From the human T2T-CHM13v2.0 reference genome, Homo sapiens: a stretch of 64,000 bases of DNA. The position numbers were made by a program, and so were the translations under genes. Each line of letters opens with the position of its first letter. Position 1 is the stretch's first letter. Below, one piece after another: positions 14,213-31,332 of this stretch. The notes under the pieces were generated by a model, which saw only the letters and a program-made list of their open reading frames with translations, was not told where the DNA came from and did not search any database. Location: NCBI GenBank assembly GCA_009914755.4, contig CP068257.2, positions 5,792,001-5,856,000 of the forward strand, given 5' to 3'.

Positions 14213-15930
14213 GGAAGTAAAATTTCTTATCTTATAGATATAGCATGTTAACATGTTGGTACCTATCCTCCTGAGATGTAAAATTTTACATGGATAGATA
14301 TGTACATTTACAGTTGTACACAAAGAGAAACATATTCTGTAGCCTCTTTGTTTTTCTGCAGTTTCATTCAACACTATCTGGTTTATATGGGTGATTACAT
14401 ATATAATGCTAGGATTAAGGTTCTTCTCTATAACTTTGAAACTTCCTTGATTATCAACCCTTGGTATATTCTTAGAATAGGATTTTATTTTAGAATTAAG
14501 ATCCTTGTTTCAGGACTCTAGACTGTTAACACACAGAGCCAATAATTATTCAGAATGGTTGGGTTAGTTCACATTCCCACAGAGGAGACATCAAATGTCC
14601 AGGCTGCACAGCCTCATTAACACTAGATTTTCTGGACATTTTATATAGTATTTCATCTGATATAAAAAGTAGAATTCTAATTTGATTATGGTTGTTAATT
14701 TATTTTTACATTTTTAGTCATTATGAAAATGTTTTACTATATGAAAAGCCAGGAAAGGGTTTTTTTTTTAAGGTAGTACTTCAGAAATATTTATGATACT
14801 TAATTTTTAAAAATTAACTCTAAAAGAATCTTGAAATGTCTGTTTAATAAAATAGGACATAAATACTGGTCACATTAGTGAAAAATATTTGTTTAAAATT
14901 AAAATATCTGCAGCAATCCTGTAGATATTAATAAGTTTTTAAAGAATGACATCTTCAAAATATAACTGTTCTAAACTAATATGTCTCCATTAATACATAT
15001 AGATACATATATCTAAATAAATTTGAAGACTTCAAATTCCAGGTACAATATAATTTTTTTCTATCCTTTGATTTGTCATTCAGGATTTTGTAATTTGAAC
15101 AGAAATATTTTGCCCTAACCACATGTCTGTCTTTTCTCTTACTAAAAATATTATTTTATGTAAAATTGTTTTAAAGGTCAGTTAGCACGTTTGAAAAGCA
15201 TCTTGTACAATGTTACATAATATATTGCATATTTGGTTACATTGTTTTAACTGTGTAAATATGGTTTAAATCTGTGATGCTCTTTAGTGCTGATCATGAT
15301 GCAAATCAAATTTATCTGTATAAAAGGCTCCTGTTAATTTTTTTTATTATACTTTAAGTTTTAGGGTACATGTGCACAACGTGCAGGTTTGCTACATATG
15401 TACACATGTGCCATGTTGGTGTGCTGCACCCATTAACTCCTCATTTAACATTAGGTATATCTCCTAATGCTATCCCTACCCCCTCCACCCACCCCACAAC
15501 AGTCCCCGGTGTGTGATGTTCCCCTTCCTGTATCCATGTTTCCTCATTGTTCAATTCCCACCTATGAGTGAGAACATGTGGTGTTTGATTTTTTGTCCTT
15601 GTGATAGTTTGCTGAGAATGATGGTTTCCAGCTTCATCCATGTCCCTACAAAGGACATGAACTCATCATTTTTTATGGCTGCATGGTATTCCATGGTGTA
15701 TATGTGTCACATTTTCTTAATCCAGTCTATCATTGTTGGACATTTGGGTTGGTTCCAAGTCTTTGCTATTGTGAATACTGCCACAATAAACATACGTGTG
15801 CATGTGTCTTTAGAGCAGCATGATTTATAATCCTTTGGGTATATACCCAGTAATGGGATGGCTGGGTCAAATGGTATTTCTAGTTCTAGATCCCTGAGGA
15901 ATCACCACACTGACTTCCACAATGGTTGAA

Positions 15931-16599
<669 letters not shown>

Positions 16600-16602
16600 C
16601 TA

Positions 16603-16707
<105 letters not shown>

Positions 16708-16909
16708 CTAATACCATGCTGTTTTGGTTACTGTAGCCTTGTAGTATAGTTTGAAGTCAGGTAGCATGATGCCTCCAGCTTTGTTCTTTTGCCTTAGGAT
16801 TGACTTGGCAATGCAGGCTCTTTTTTGGTTCCATATGAACTTTAAAGTAATTTTTTTCCAATTCTGTTAAGAAAGTCTTTGGTAGTTTGATGGAGATGGC
16901 ATTGAATCT

Positions 16910-18347
<1,438 letters not shown>

Positions 18348-18851
18348 CTAAGTTACTTCTTGCCTTCTGTTATCTTTTGAATGTGTTTGTTCTTGCTTCT
18401 CTAGTTCTTTTAATTGTGATGTTAGGATGTCAATTTTAGTTCTTTCATGCTTTCTCTTGTGGGCATTTAGTGCTATAAATTTCCCTCCACACACTGCTTT
18501 GAATGTGTCCCAGAGATACTGGTATGTTGTGTCTTTGTTCTTGTTGGTTTCAAATAACATCTTTATTTCTGCCTTCATTTCCTTATGTACCCAGTAGTCA
18601 TTCAGGAGCAGGTTGTTCAGTTTCCATGTAGTTGAGTGGTCTTGAGTGAGTTTTTAAATCCTGAGTTGTAGTTTGATTGCACTGTGTTCCGAGAGACAGT
18701 TTGTTATACTTTCTGTTCTTTTACATTTGCTAAGGAGTGCTTTACTTCCAACTATGTGCTCAATTTTGGAATAGGTGTGGTGTGGTGCTGAAAAGAATAC
18801 ATATTCTGTTGATTTGGGGTACAGAGTTCTGTAGATGTCTATTAGGTCTGC

Positions 18852-19370
18852 TTAGTGCAGAGCTGAGTTCAATTCCTGTATATCCTTGTTAACTTTCTGT
18901 CTCGTTGATCTGTCTAATGTTGACAGTGGGGTGTTAAAGTCTCCCATTATTATTGTGTGGGAGTCTAAATCACTTTGTAGGTCACTAAGGACTTGCTTTA
19001 TGAATCTGGGTGCTTCTGTATTGTGTGCATATATATTTAGGATAGTTAGTTCTTGTTGAATTGATCCCTTTACCATTATGTAATGGCCTTCTTTGTCTCT
19101 TTTGATCTTTGTTGGTTTAAAGTCTGTTTTATCCGAGACTAGGATTGCAACCCCTGCCTTTTTTTGTTTTCCATTTGCTTGGTAGATCTTCCTCCATCCC
19201 TTTATTTTGAGCCTATGTGTGTCTCTGCACGTGAGATGGGTTTCCTGGATACAGCACACTGATGGGTCTTGACTCTTTATCCAATTTGCCAGTCTGCACC
19301 TTTTAATTGGAGCATTTAACCCATTTACATTTAAGGTTAGTATTGTTATGTGTGAACTTGATCCTGTCAT
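18852..19370 (-). pseudogene. L1 ORF2p endonuclease-domain remnant
   Basis: The translation MTGSSSHITILTLNVNGLNAPIKRCRLANWIKSQDPSVCCIQETHL...ILVSDKTDFKPTKIKRDKEGHYIMVKGSIQQELTILNIYAHNTEAPRFIKQVL matches the L1 ORF2 N-terminal APE-like endonuclease and is terminated prematurely. Confidence 0.9.
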
Positions 19371-19658
19371 TATGACGTTAGCTGGTTATTTTCCTCGTTA
19401 GTTTATGCAGTTTCTTCCTAGCCTTGATGGTCTTTACAATTTGGCATGGTTTTACAGTGGCTGGTACCAGTTGTTCCTTTCCATGTTTAGTGCTTCCTTC
19501 AGGAGATCTTTTAGGGCAGGCCTGGTGGTGACAAAATCTCTCAGCATTTGCTTGTCTGTGGAGCATATTATTTCTCCCTCACTTATGAAGGTTAGTTTGG
19601 CTGGATATGAAATTCTGGGTTGAAAATTCTTTCCTTTAAGAATGTTGAATATTGGCCC

Positions 19659-20267
19659 CTACTCTCTTCTGGCTTGTAGAGTTTCTGCAGAGAGATCAGC
19701 AGTTAGTCTGATGGGCTTCCTTTTGTGGGTAACCCGACCTTTCTCTCTGGCTGCCTTTAAAATCTTTTCTTTCATTTCAACTTTGGTGAATCTGACAATT
19801 ATGTGTCTTGGAATTGCTCTTCTCGAGGAGTATCTTTGTGGCATTCTCTGTATTTCCTGAATGTGAATGTTGGCCTGCCTTGCTAGATTGGGGAAGTTCT
19901 CCTGGATAATATCCTGCAGAGTGTTTTCCAACTTGGTTCCATTCTCCCCGTCACATTCAGGTAAACCAAATAGACGTAGATTTGTTCTATTGACATAGTC
20001 CCATATTTCTTGGAGGCTTTGTTCATTTCTTTTTATTCTTTTTTCTCTAAACTTCTCTTCATGCTTCATTTCATTCATTTCATCTTCCATCGCTGATACC
20101 CTTTCTTCCCGTTGATCACATCGGTTACTGAGGCTTATGCATTTGTCGTGTAGTTCTCGTGCCATGGTTTTCAGCTCCATCAGGTCCTTTAAGGACTTCT
20201 CCACATTGGTTATTCTAGTTATCCATTCGTCTAATTTTTTTTTCAAAGTTTTTAACTTCTTTGCCAT
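19659..20267 (-). pseudogene. L1 ORF1p remnant (C-terminal ~200 aa in frame; N-terminal part frameshifted)
   Basis: The translation MAKKLKTLKKKLDEWITRITNVEKSLKDLMELKTMARELHDKCISLSNRCDQ...RFTKVEMKEKILKAAREKGRVTHKRKPIRLTADLSAETLQARRE is typical L1 ORF1p. The ORF1 ATG context atggggaaaaaaagagcagaaaaactgg lies upstream at about 20451 in another frame. Confidence 0.9.
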
Positions 20268-21029
20268 TGGTTCGAACTTCCTCCTTTAGCTCGGAGTACT
20301 TTGATCTTCTGAAGTCTTCCTCTCTCAACTCGTCAAAGTCATTCTCCGTCCAGCTTTGTTCCATTGCTGATGAGGAGTTGCATTCCTTTGGAGGAGGATA
20401 GGCACTCTGATTTTTAGAGTTTCCAGTTTTTCTGCTCTTTTTTTCCCCATCTTTGTGGTTTTATCTACCTTTGGTCCTTGATGATGGTGACATACAGATG
20501 GGGTTTTGGTGTGGATGTCCTTTCTGTTTGTTAGTTTTCCTTCTAACAGTCAGGATCCTCAGCTGCAGGTCTGTTGGAGTTTACTGGAGGTCTCCTCCAG
20601 ACACTATTTGCCTGGGGGGTATCAGCAGTGGTGGCTGCAGAACAGTGGATATTGGTGAACTGCAAATGCTGCTGCCTGATCGTTCCTCTGGAGGTTTTGT
20701 CTCAGAGGGGTACCCGGCCATGTGAGGTGTCAGTCTGTGCCTACTGGGGGGTGCCTCCCTGTTAGGCTACTCGGGGTTCAGGGACCCACTAGGTGGGGGT
20801 TGTCTGCCCGTTCTCAGATCTCAAGCTGCGTGCTGGGAGAACCACTATTCTCTTCAAAGCTGTCAGACAGGGACATTTAAGTCTGCAGAGGTTATTGCTG
20901 TCTTTTGTTGGTCTGTGCCCTGCCCCCCGAGGTGGAGCCTACAGAGGCAGGCTGTCCTCCTTGAGCTGTGGTGGGCTCCACCCAGTTCGAACTTCCTGGC
21001 TGCTTTGTTTACTTACTCAAGCCCGAGCA

Positions 21030-21212
21030 ATGGCGGGCGCCCCTCCCCCAGCCCAACTGTTACCTTGCAGTTTGATCTCAGACTGCTGTGCTAGCAAACA
21101 GCAAGGCTCCGGGGGTGTAGGACCCTCCAAGCCAGGTGCTGGATATAATCTCCTGGTGTGCCATTTGATAAGCCTGTTGGAAAAGCGCAATATTAGGGTG
21201 GGAGTGACCTGA
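21030..21212 (+). other. Antisense ORF within the L1 5'UTR, resembling the primate L1 ORF0 (61 codons from the internal ATG)
   Basis: Plus-strand ORF 20793..21212 contains MAGAPPPAQLLPCSLISDCCASKQQGSGGVGPSKPGAGYNLLVCHLISLLEKRNIRVGVT starting at ATG 21030. It lies antisense about 250-440 nt from the 5' end of the minus-strand L1. That position and strand fit the described primate L1 antisense ORF0. I have not checked identity to the published ORF0 peptide. Confidence 0.4.
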
Positions 21213-22835
21213 TTTTCCAGGTGCCATCTGTCACCCCTTTCTTTGACTAGGAAAGGGAATTCCCTGACCCATTGTGCTTCCCAGGTGAGGTGATGCCTTG
21301 CCCTGCTATGGCTCATGCATGGTGCGCTGCACCCACTGTCCAGCACTCCCCAGTGAGATGAACCTGGTACCTCAGTTGGAAATGCAGAAATCACCCGTCT
21401 TCTGCATCACTCACGCTGGGAGCTGTAGACTGGGGCTGTTCCTATTCGGCCATCTTGGCTCCACCCTCTAATTTTTAACTTTCAAAAGATTAGATACATT
21501 TACCCTCTTCTGAATTTTAATTCCTGATGGAAAGATTGTGAAATCTCAAGAGGATAATGAATCAGCTTCTGATTATATTCTGGAATTGAGATTTGATCAC
21601 ACATCCAAGAATGCGTATTCACTTTCCTTTACATTACACACATGCATAATACCATGCTGAGTGATGCTGGAAAAAGTGAGTCTTCAGTAATGCCCTCATG
21701 AAATTACAGTCTCACTACACTGAGGTATTTTCTTTTTAACCCTTTCTTTCTTTTCTGTTGTGAATATGTGCCTTCTAAGAGGTGAACAACGGGAAAAACT
21801 GAAAAAGAACCTTCATCTAATTCAGTAACTAGCTTTTGTATCTTCTAAGAATTTTTATCTCCAGAAAGCTCTAATTTTCATTCCTTTACAAGCTTTATTT
21901 CTCTCTCCTTTCCAACACCAGACTTTGCTCTGTTTGTTTTCTATATCTTTTTTAGAGATGCCTACAATAGAAAAAAACTATGACATATTCAATACATCTG
22001 AAAAGTTTGCATTACCATAGATAAGAATGAATTATCTGTTTATAAAGAAAAAATAATAAAAATATGAACCAAGAAAGCACAGAAGGTAGTAACCACATTT
22101 AGATGTTTATCATGGAATCATCTTTATAATCCATCTGTTACAATTCCACACAGCAAATTACAAGTAATTGTGAAGTTTCCCCTCATTTTATAGGTTTGGT
22201 CTTATAAGGCATACAACACAAATTTTAATTACTTTTCATTTTGGTATTTGGATCTTAATTTGGTCAAGTGGCCACTGGGTAGATGATGGAGACTCTTGAG
22301 ACATGCAGTCTTCTTCTAGCTTTGTTGATGTGAATATTACTGTGTATTTTTCATTCACTTATTATTTTACAAGGCATGCTTCATTAAAAATATATCAGCA
22401 TCTCATTGACAAATCACAAAATTTAAAAGGCACCAGAAAAAAACAATTTATTTAAAACATTCCTGTGTAAAAGTAGTCACCACTCTTACTATTCTTCAAA
22501 TATTTTTGTTATATTTAAACGCAAGCCTAATTTTATCTCGAGTGTCTGACCTTGATGATATTGTACACTTTAAACTTAGAAAAATTGAACTCTATTGGAA
22601 ATTTCCTACAGATCAGCTTTTCTAGATGCCAAGCGCCTTGTTTCAGCCATGGTGATGACAGCAAATTGGGTTCTCAGGGATTCTGGCCTCTGGCATCATC
22701 TCAGTTGTTTATAATTGAAGTTGGGTCTGATGAGAATGCAGCTTAGATGCATGGTGGGACTGCTGGGCTTAAGGCTGGCCTGCCAGGAGGTTGCATTGAG
22801 GTGTAACTAGGCAAAGAAAGAAAGAGTTTATTGAG

Positions 22836-23278
22836 GCACTACTGACAATAGCAAAGACTTGGAACCAACACAAATATCCAACAATGATAGACTGGATTAA
22901 GAAAATGTGGCACATAAACACCATGGAATACTATGCAGCCATAAAAATGATGAGTTCATGTCCTTTGTAGGGACATGGATGAAGCTGGAAACCATCATTC
23001 TCAGCAAACTATCACAAGGACAAAAAAACACCGCATGTTCTCACTCATAGGTGGGAATTAAACAATGAGAACACATGGACACAGGAAGAGGAACAGCACA
23101 CACTGGGGCCTGTTGTGGGGTGAGGGGCTAGGGGAGGGAAAGCATTAGGATATATACCTAATGTAAATGACGAGTTAATGGGTGCAGCACACCAACATGT
23201 CACATGTATACATCTGAAACAAACCTGCACGTTGTGCACATGTACCCTAGAACTTAAAGTATAACAAAAAAAAGAAGG
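22836..23278 (+). mobile_element. L1 3' terminal fragment of about 440 bp with A-tail
   Basis: gtttattgaggcactactgacaatagcaaagacttggaaccaacacaaatatccaacaatgatagactggattaagaaaatgtggcacataaacaccatggaatactatgcagccataaaaatgatgagttcatgtcctttgtagggacatggatgaagctggaaaccatcattctcagcaaactatcacaaggac...cttaaagtataacaaaaaaaag. Confidence 0.93.
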
Positions 23279-24865
23279 GGTTGGGCAAAATTACCAACAA
23301 TCTTCAACTATGAATTTGTATGAGTAGGGGCTTCCCACACCATCAGGCACTCCAAGTTGGAGAAACAAGGGATGTTGAATTGAAAGTTTAATTTTTTAGG
23401 CTTGATAGTCAGATTAGGGAAGTTTTGGGTACACCTTTCCCACTCTAGAGCCCTCTCCCTAACTCAGGGCCAATTTGGGGCATGGGCTCAGTGGAAAAGA
23501 GTGCCAAGATCAATTAGAAATATCCATCATGAACATAGGAGGCAGGCATTCTGGCCAAGGGGGTGCGTCTTCCCACTTTGTAATCCAGAGTGCGATTTCT
23601 TCTTGCTATCTGTCCCTCCATAAATAAGCGTTGGGTGAAGGACAAGCTAGTTACCATTGAGGATGGAATGAAATTCTACCAGAATTGCAAAATGAACTGA
23701 GAGCCACGAAAGTGTTCCTCTGTGAACCAGCAGAGAGATCTGTGGAAGGCAAAGGAAGAGGAGCCAAGAGGCCAGATAACATTCCTGCTTCCCCTACATT
23801 GTGAGAATGAAATTGTCAGCAACCTATATCAGTAATTAACCAGAGGCTTTTTAGAGAGTAAGACTTCTGATAGATACCTCAATAGCTGAAGTTGCTCTTC
23901 AGTACTGCATATAACCTGTGGACAGATTTTCATCATTATTAATTCATTTATTCAACACATAGATATTAAATTCAAGGCATAGTTCTAAACTATGCAGTCA
24001 ATTCCAAAAAAATAATAATGAAGGACATTAGCTCTGCCTCATAGGACGTTAAAACTCTAGCTGCTAAATGAGACAAATAGGGTTCCCACATCAAGTGCCT
24101 GGGCTCCTGTTATAAACTGGACTCTGCTTCCATTGGCTTCTCTTGTTTCTGTTTTGATAAACCCATCATTTGGCTTAGTCCCTACCCTTGCCATGCTCAC
24201 CCACCAGTAGGTGGACCTCCTTGACCATAACTACAGACATAGATCTTTGATTGTTTCTTTTCAAATGTTTGCTTACTTTAGAGGTGCAGTCAAATGTTGT
24301 TTGGACCATAAGACTCTGAGGCTGTGTGTGGTTGAAACTGTCTTGAGACTCAAAGAGCTATTGAGGAAGGGATTTGATAGCTGAACTCTTTTGAAGATTT
24401 TCTCTGTCTCTCACACATCTGGGGCTGAATAGCTTAACGTTTAATTTCTACATCGACGATAGTTTAATAGCCATTCATGCAAATCAGTTCTGCTGTGAGT
24501 TATTATCCTACTCCAATACCAACTAACGCATTCCTTAAATTTAGTGTACGTATAAATTCTACATGGTAAGTGAAGCTGTCTTTATGAATGGCTGCTATAG
24601 AATATACTAGATTGTGTAGGTTTTAGTACAATCCAGGTAATTATCAAGCCTTTGTAATATTTTCAGGAAAGTGATCCTTTCACTTCAGTTTATGGAACTT
24701 GAAAATTTTTTAGTTGCCACCGACTAGTTAGATCATAAACTTAATTCTATGTATCTGAATTTATTTTTCTATTTATAAATTTATCTGGGTGCTTTCTCAA
24801 AGGTTTCCCAGATTAAAAACCTATGGCTTTGTAAAATTAAAACAGAAGTAATAGGAATTGAGTTA

Positions 24866-25190
<325 letters not shown>

Positions 25191-25309
25191 ACAGAATCAT
25201 ACAATGAGAGAGATTGTATAGCCCTTTTAATTGTCCATAATGGATACATTTCTTTTTCTGTGTAATAGTTTATCAGCATGAAAAAAAAGAGTCACTGAAC
25301 ACTGATAAT

Positions 25310-25333
25310 TTTCTTTCTCTCTCTCTCTCTCTT
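25310..25333. repeat. (CT)n microsatellite abutting the Alu tail
   Basis: ttctctctctctctctctctc. Confidence 0.85.
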
Positions 25334-25600
<267 letters not shown>

Positions 25601-27998
25601 GTGATGATTTTCATTTAATGGTGTTCTACAAAGTGAGTTTAGGCAGTGAAAGGGCACAAGTCACCTATAGTTTACCAGAAAGTAGTACCAGTCACCAGCG
25701 TTGAAGCATACTCCTAACCCTGGAAAATTTCTTCAGCAGCCAGAATTAATCTCAGATTTTGAGACTGGAGCAAAGACTAATTTGGTATGTGTTCATTTAG
25801 ATTAGTAAATCTCTATGGTGTTCGAACTGTATAATATCAAATCTAAAATAAGTCAAGAGAGTTAGACAATATCTCATCTCTGAGAAAATAAATGCATTAT
25901 TTTCAAGAGATTTAAGACTGAATTTAAAATCCAACTGCCTGTTCCAGTGTATGTTTCTCTAGAATATGGCCAAGCCCTACAAATTCTGGATAGTGTCCTC
26001 CAAGTTGTGTTTAAGTGATAATTGATAAATCTATGGTTTAGATACATATGGAATTCCACATAACTCTAGCTCCAGCCTTTGCGAGTAAAAATTGGCAGTG
26101 ATCATGGCCTTAATGGAGGCATGTGGTTAATTGGAATTTTCAGTACCAAAAGTCTTCTTCTTACTAGTTTATCAGGGTACCCTATAATAGTATCCATAAC
26201 TCATTGCCCACTTGTCTGTTTTGATTTCTTTTTTAAAAATACAATTTTAAACTTAGAGGTTTTGTACCTCAAGTCACATATGTGGCACATTTATAAAATA
26301 ATCATGCCTTTGCATATTTTTCCTTTGATATCTTAGCTGTATATACAAGCCACTTATGTTTTTTAATTGCCACAAATATTGCACTGAAATAGAGCACTAG
26401 TTGCAAAAATGCCTGGTATAACATTTCTTCTTGTTCTTGAAAGTAATTTTAATACCCCATGTTTAAGATATTCCTAGACAACTATAAGTAACTATAATTA
26501 TTTCTGCTAGGTAGAAGCATCTTTGTGGTCAACATTTGTGAAGTGCCTTGTAAATAAAAATATGCTTGAGTAGAAATAGTATTTTGCAAATATAGCCCTA
26601 AATAGAGCTACTGATTTTACCAAGAATTAAAGACTCCAAACTCTGTCTTTGTCTTTCAAATTTGGTTTATAGGAACATCTCATTACAATGAGCAAAAAGC
26701 CTATCTGATCATTAAAGAGATAATTTTGACACTTTCAAATGACACAGCTAATTTGTAGTAGGTTTTTGAAGTGCAAATTACATGTTTCTGTTTAAATAAT
26801 GACAGTAAAATATGGACAGTATCTATTCACACTCTATATACACAACTACAACTTGTCCCTAGAAGAAAAGTTTAATTTTTCAGGTCTCATCCACAAAACG
26901 AAGTGTTAATAAGCTGTATCTTTATTCTCACTTTTAAGTAATTTCTTCTTAACCATTGTATAACACTACCACAGTTTGTATGGAGATAAAATAACTCATG
27001 GTGAGAAATCCAGTTCTTTAAAAAATCATTTTACCTTCAATCACTTTTAGGATGTCTATGGTTTTAGAGTAAGGACGAAAATTTATAAACATTTGTTAAA
27101 TTATGCAACTGTGTTTGAAGATGTTTCAAAATTACATTTTCCTTATTTTACAACTAGTTTTCATGTATTCACAAACGAGACACATGAGAATTATTAATGC
27201 AAAAGCACAGCATATCAACAAAGTTTATAATGTAAATAGTTTAGTTAGGAAAGAATGTAATGAGTGAATTATCAAAGCTATTTTATTGGTTCCTAGATTT
27301 ACCATAGAAGAAAATAAAGCAGCCTTTTAAAAATTTCTCAGCACTGAGTCCATTTAAGGTCTGTATTGTATGCCGTAAGTTCTAAAAAATGTTATTGCCG
27401 GTAAAAATAGGATGCCTATCTAAAATTGTCTTTTTAAAGGTTCTCTCTTATTCTTCTTCCCTTCCTATGTGTGCACAGAATACTGTCATCGTCTTGATTG
27501 GAACACTATCTCTCTTTCTCAGAGGGTGTACATTTGTAGAAGGGAGAAAATATTTGTTAATTTTGCTTCCTGTAAGATAAGGCCTCAATGGTTAAAGGTT
27601 AGTTAACAAACTTTTTTTTTGTCTTCATACTATTATCTTGGAATTACCAACTGGCTTCTACTTGGATTTTGAATAATGAAAGAAAAGAACTAGCATTTGT
27701 TAGAACTTACTGTGTTCCAGAAACTTTATTGATGCCATTTCTTCTCATTATCACATTCATTCTTTCAATTAGTATAATTTTTTTCCATCTTAATGAGGTG
27801 GGACCAGAGGTTTTGTAATATCCACTAACCCACTGTGGATTTCATGGATTGCAAGAGGAAGAAAGCATGGTGGAACTCAGGTTTCTCTGATTCCAAATTC
27901 ACATCCTTTCATGTCTCCATGAAAAATAGAAAAGATAAATTGGGCTCTATTCTAACAAGAGAAACACAATTTTCCGTCAGTTAAATGAATAATTCTTT

Positions 27999-28118
27999 TT
28001 TATTTTATTTTATTTTATTTTTATTATTATACTTTAAGTTTTAGGGTACATGTGCACATTGTGCAGATTAGTTACATATGTACACATGTGCCATGCTGGT
28101 GCGCTGCACCCAGATACC
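27999..28118 (-). mobile_element. Extremely 5'-truncated L1 (only about 95 bp of the 3' end plus A-tail), antisense, with a perfect 16 bp TSD taaatgaataattctt at 27983-27998 and 28119-28134
   Basis: ttttattttattttattttattattatactttaagttttagggtacatgtgcacattgtgcagattagttacatatgtacacatgtgccatgctggtgcgctgcacccagatacc, flanked on both sides by taaatgaataattctt. Confidence 0.9.
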
Positions 28119-31100
28119 TAAATGAATAATTCTTAAACCTCAAAAATAAAAAGTAGCAAAACCTCAATTCAAGAGTAGACATAAAGGTTGTGACATGGGT
28201 GGCAGGGACATATGTCTAGTGACAGATTTCCTATGCATATCTGACCAAAAATCCCCCTCATGATTTTCAAATCAGATGCTTAACTACATTTAATGAGTTT
28301 CCCGAATCATTAATATCAGGCTCTGAAAACAGGATCATTAAAAATGATTAAGACTTTCAACAACAAATATCTTATCTAAATAGTAAGGAAATTATATTAG
28401 ATGGCTCCATTCCCTGGGCAGTCTAGTTAACAATTCGACTTGTTCAAAGCTATAAAATATGGCAACTTAAAAAATTATGAAATTTTATCTAACTTTGTGC
28501 TTAAGGTAGTTGGCCATTCTTCCTCTTGGGAATAAGAAGGGTAGATTTTCTGTCGAAGCATTTTGCTATTGCTTTTCAATTTCCTTTTATGGAAAATAGA
28601 TAAAATAGCAATTTTTTAATTATAAATTTAAAGTCAAAATGGAGATAATTAAGTATCTCCATTAATTAAGTAAAGATTAATTTTTTTAAAATAGCATTTT
28701 CTACATTCTAATCAATTGATTGACTATTTTTATCCCTGGCTCAATGTAACTCTCTTTGACATACTCTTGTCTTAATTCTAGTTTAAGTCAACAATGTGTA
28801 ATCATAGATGACTCCTTGCCATTTTGATCTCTCAGTTCTATGAACACCTTTGTTCTAACAATAATGTTTTCCAACAGAATTATTTCTACTCAAACTTCTG
28901 AGATCAAATTTGTGGATTCAGTCTCACCCCAATCAATTCTTCAACTCTCAGGACACCAAATGGTGTCCTACAATTCAATTCAATCCTGAGACTATCTATC
29001 TGGAGATAGCATAGATCCCAAAAGTTCAGGGTTCAGGCCCACAAGACTGCCCCCACACTATTAGAGAGGAGTTGTGGGCCTCCCATACTCCTGACCAACT
29101 GGCTATAAATTAGGACCTCCATGGATTCCTTCCTCAGGTTCTATAATTTGCTAAGATGGCGCACAGAACCCAAGAAAGCACTTTGCTTACAGTTACTGTC
29201 TGATACAAATCAGGAACTCTCAAATAGAAGAGACACATAGGGCCAGGTATGGTGAAAAGGGGCACAAAGCTGCCATATGACCTATAAGTATATCACTCTA
29301 TCACCCTCCCAGCACCTCAGAGGTGATGGAGGAGAGGGCTGACAGTTTCAACCATCTAGTTATGCCTTCATGTTTCTGATGTCCAGCACACACCCTGAAG
29401 CTATACGGGTCTCCAGCCACCACTCATGTCATGTCAATAGCATAAACTCAGGTATGGCTAAGAGAGACTTATGACTAGTAAAGGATGGTCCTCTCATCTC
29501 TATCAGGAAATTTCAAGTTTTAGGAGCTCTGTACTGTGAACTGGGGAGGAAGACCAAATAGGACATACCCTAGACCAGTTGTGCTAACTACAGTGTGCCT
29601 CAAAATTGCCTACAGTTGTGTTACAATAAAAGATTGCTGAGACCTGCTATTGGAATTTCAGATTTGGTAGATCTGGGGCTGTAACCTGAGAATATGCACT
29701 TCTAGTAAGTTCCCAGGTGATGCTGATGCTGTTAGCACAGCGACCACACTTCCAGACGGACTGAGTGAAGCATCGTCGTTACTTATAATAGGAACTTCTC
29801 TGTAGTCACAATTTTATTCATCCCATTCTCTGAGCTCCTCCTTTAATCATTCCCTTTCATACGCTGACATAAAATTTTTCAATCTCTCTGAGACCTCCAA
29901 ACTATTATTTTATCATAATCACAATGACCCTTACCTACTTGATGTACTCTATTTCCTGTTCTCCTGCCTAAATTCCATGGCCAACCATTCCCAGGAAACT
30001 TCAACTTCCTTGTTTCTCTTTCACTTTGCTGAAGCTAACCAGGAAAATAACCCTGGTTAGATCCAAATTTCCACCAAATCCCCACATATATTTGAGCAAC
30101 TAGCTATATGGATCAAATTGAAAAATATCCCACTTGAAAATGAGAATCTCAGTGCTGCCTATCAATCAATCATACTACATATGTTCCAATCTATTCATTC
30201 TCTAATTTACCTAGTTTTGTATCTTATCCTCTCTCTAATCCCTAACACTTGCCCAGAAATCCTCAAAGTCTTTTTGGTTGTGCTTCCCTGAGAACATTGA
30301 ATCATCCAAAGACAACTTCCACAGACTCCTGAAACCATTTAAACTCACTTTCCCGTCTACCCCCACATACTCTCCATTTTCACCTATTATTATCTGTGAA
30401 ATAACTGGCCCCTATCTGTATATTGTCTGATGATGATTTCTATATTACAGGTGAAGAAAATGAGAATAGGGTTAGAGCTACTTTCTCATTATAGCATAGC
30501 TAAGAATCAAATCCACGCAGTCCACCACTGAAACTGGGGTTCCAAGTCAGTGTATTTGGAGAAGGAGAGCTAGTAGAAAAATAAGGATGAAAAGATCCAG
30601 GATGAAGCTTCTGATGGAAGAAAAGGACATTTTTACTATTATGAACTCCTTGAAGTAGACCTTAAGCATTCTCATCTGGACAAATATCCATTCATCCACT
30701 CCAGTGAGCTGATTAAGTTTTAGGATTTTAAGGGTCAGTGAACAATTATTCCTCATTCAGCAATTAAAGAAGGATTAATATGAATATTATCTTGGAGAAG
30801 TTTAATTTAAAACATATTTGATTGATTTTTGGCAATTGTCTTCTATCAGATCATTACCAATCCATATGAATTGGTAGGAAGGGAGAAAACCCAAAATTTA
30901 ATCAGATGCCTGAAGTTAGGGAACATTTTATAACCAACCCAGGGGGAGAAAAATGCTCAAAAGGGGAAAGATGAGGACAGAAAATACATTTCAAAGATTT
31001 TAACTTTTTGACAAAATGTCATTTCCGTGCAAGAAAAACTGATTGTGTGAATATAACTGTCATTTATATCTGCCAATGTGTTCAGAAATATATAACCTAT

Positions 31101-31332
31101 AATTTTTTTAATAGTAGTTTGTTAAAACAAAATTTATTCATCAAAGTATCTATAACATTCTAAAAATACTAAAAATTTTCAATTTAAATATTAACCTAAA
31201 CAGCTCTGTATATATAAATAAGCTCAAACAAACGTGCATGCTTCCCAACAATAACACTGCTACAGATATTGATTGGTGGTTTTGGTTTCATTTCATTTTA
31301 TAATGGCAAATCTGGTTAAAACCCAGATTCTG

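Noticed and set aside
20453-20765. Plus-strand ORFs of 63-90 aa overlapping the L1 5'UTR/ORF1 boundary
   Set aside because: These are antisense chance ORFs inside the L1. Only the 21030-21212 ORF0-like segment has a literature precedent, and even that is reported at low confidence.
29040-29760. A possible ancient interspersed repeat (MIR/MER/LTR-like), for example the string aagttcccaggtgatgctgatgctg
   Set aside because: It feels familiar but I cannot assign it to a family from memory with any confidence. I have left it unannotated rather than guess.
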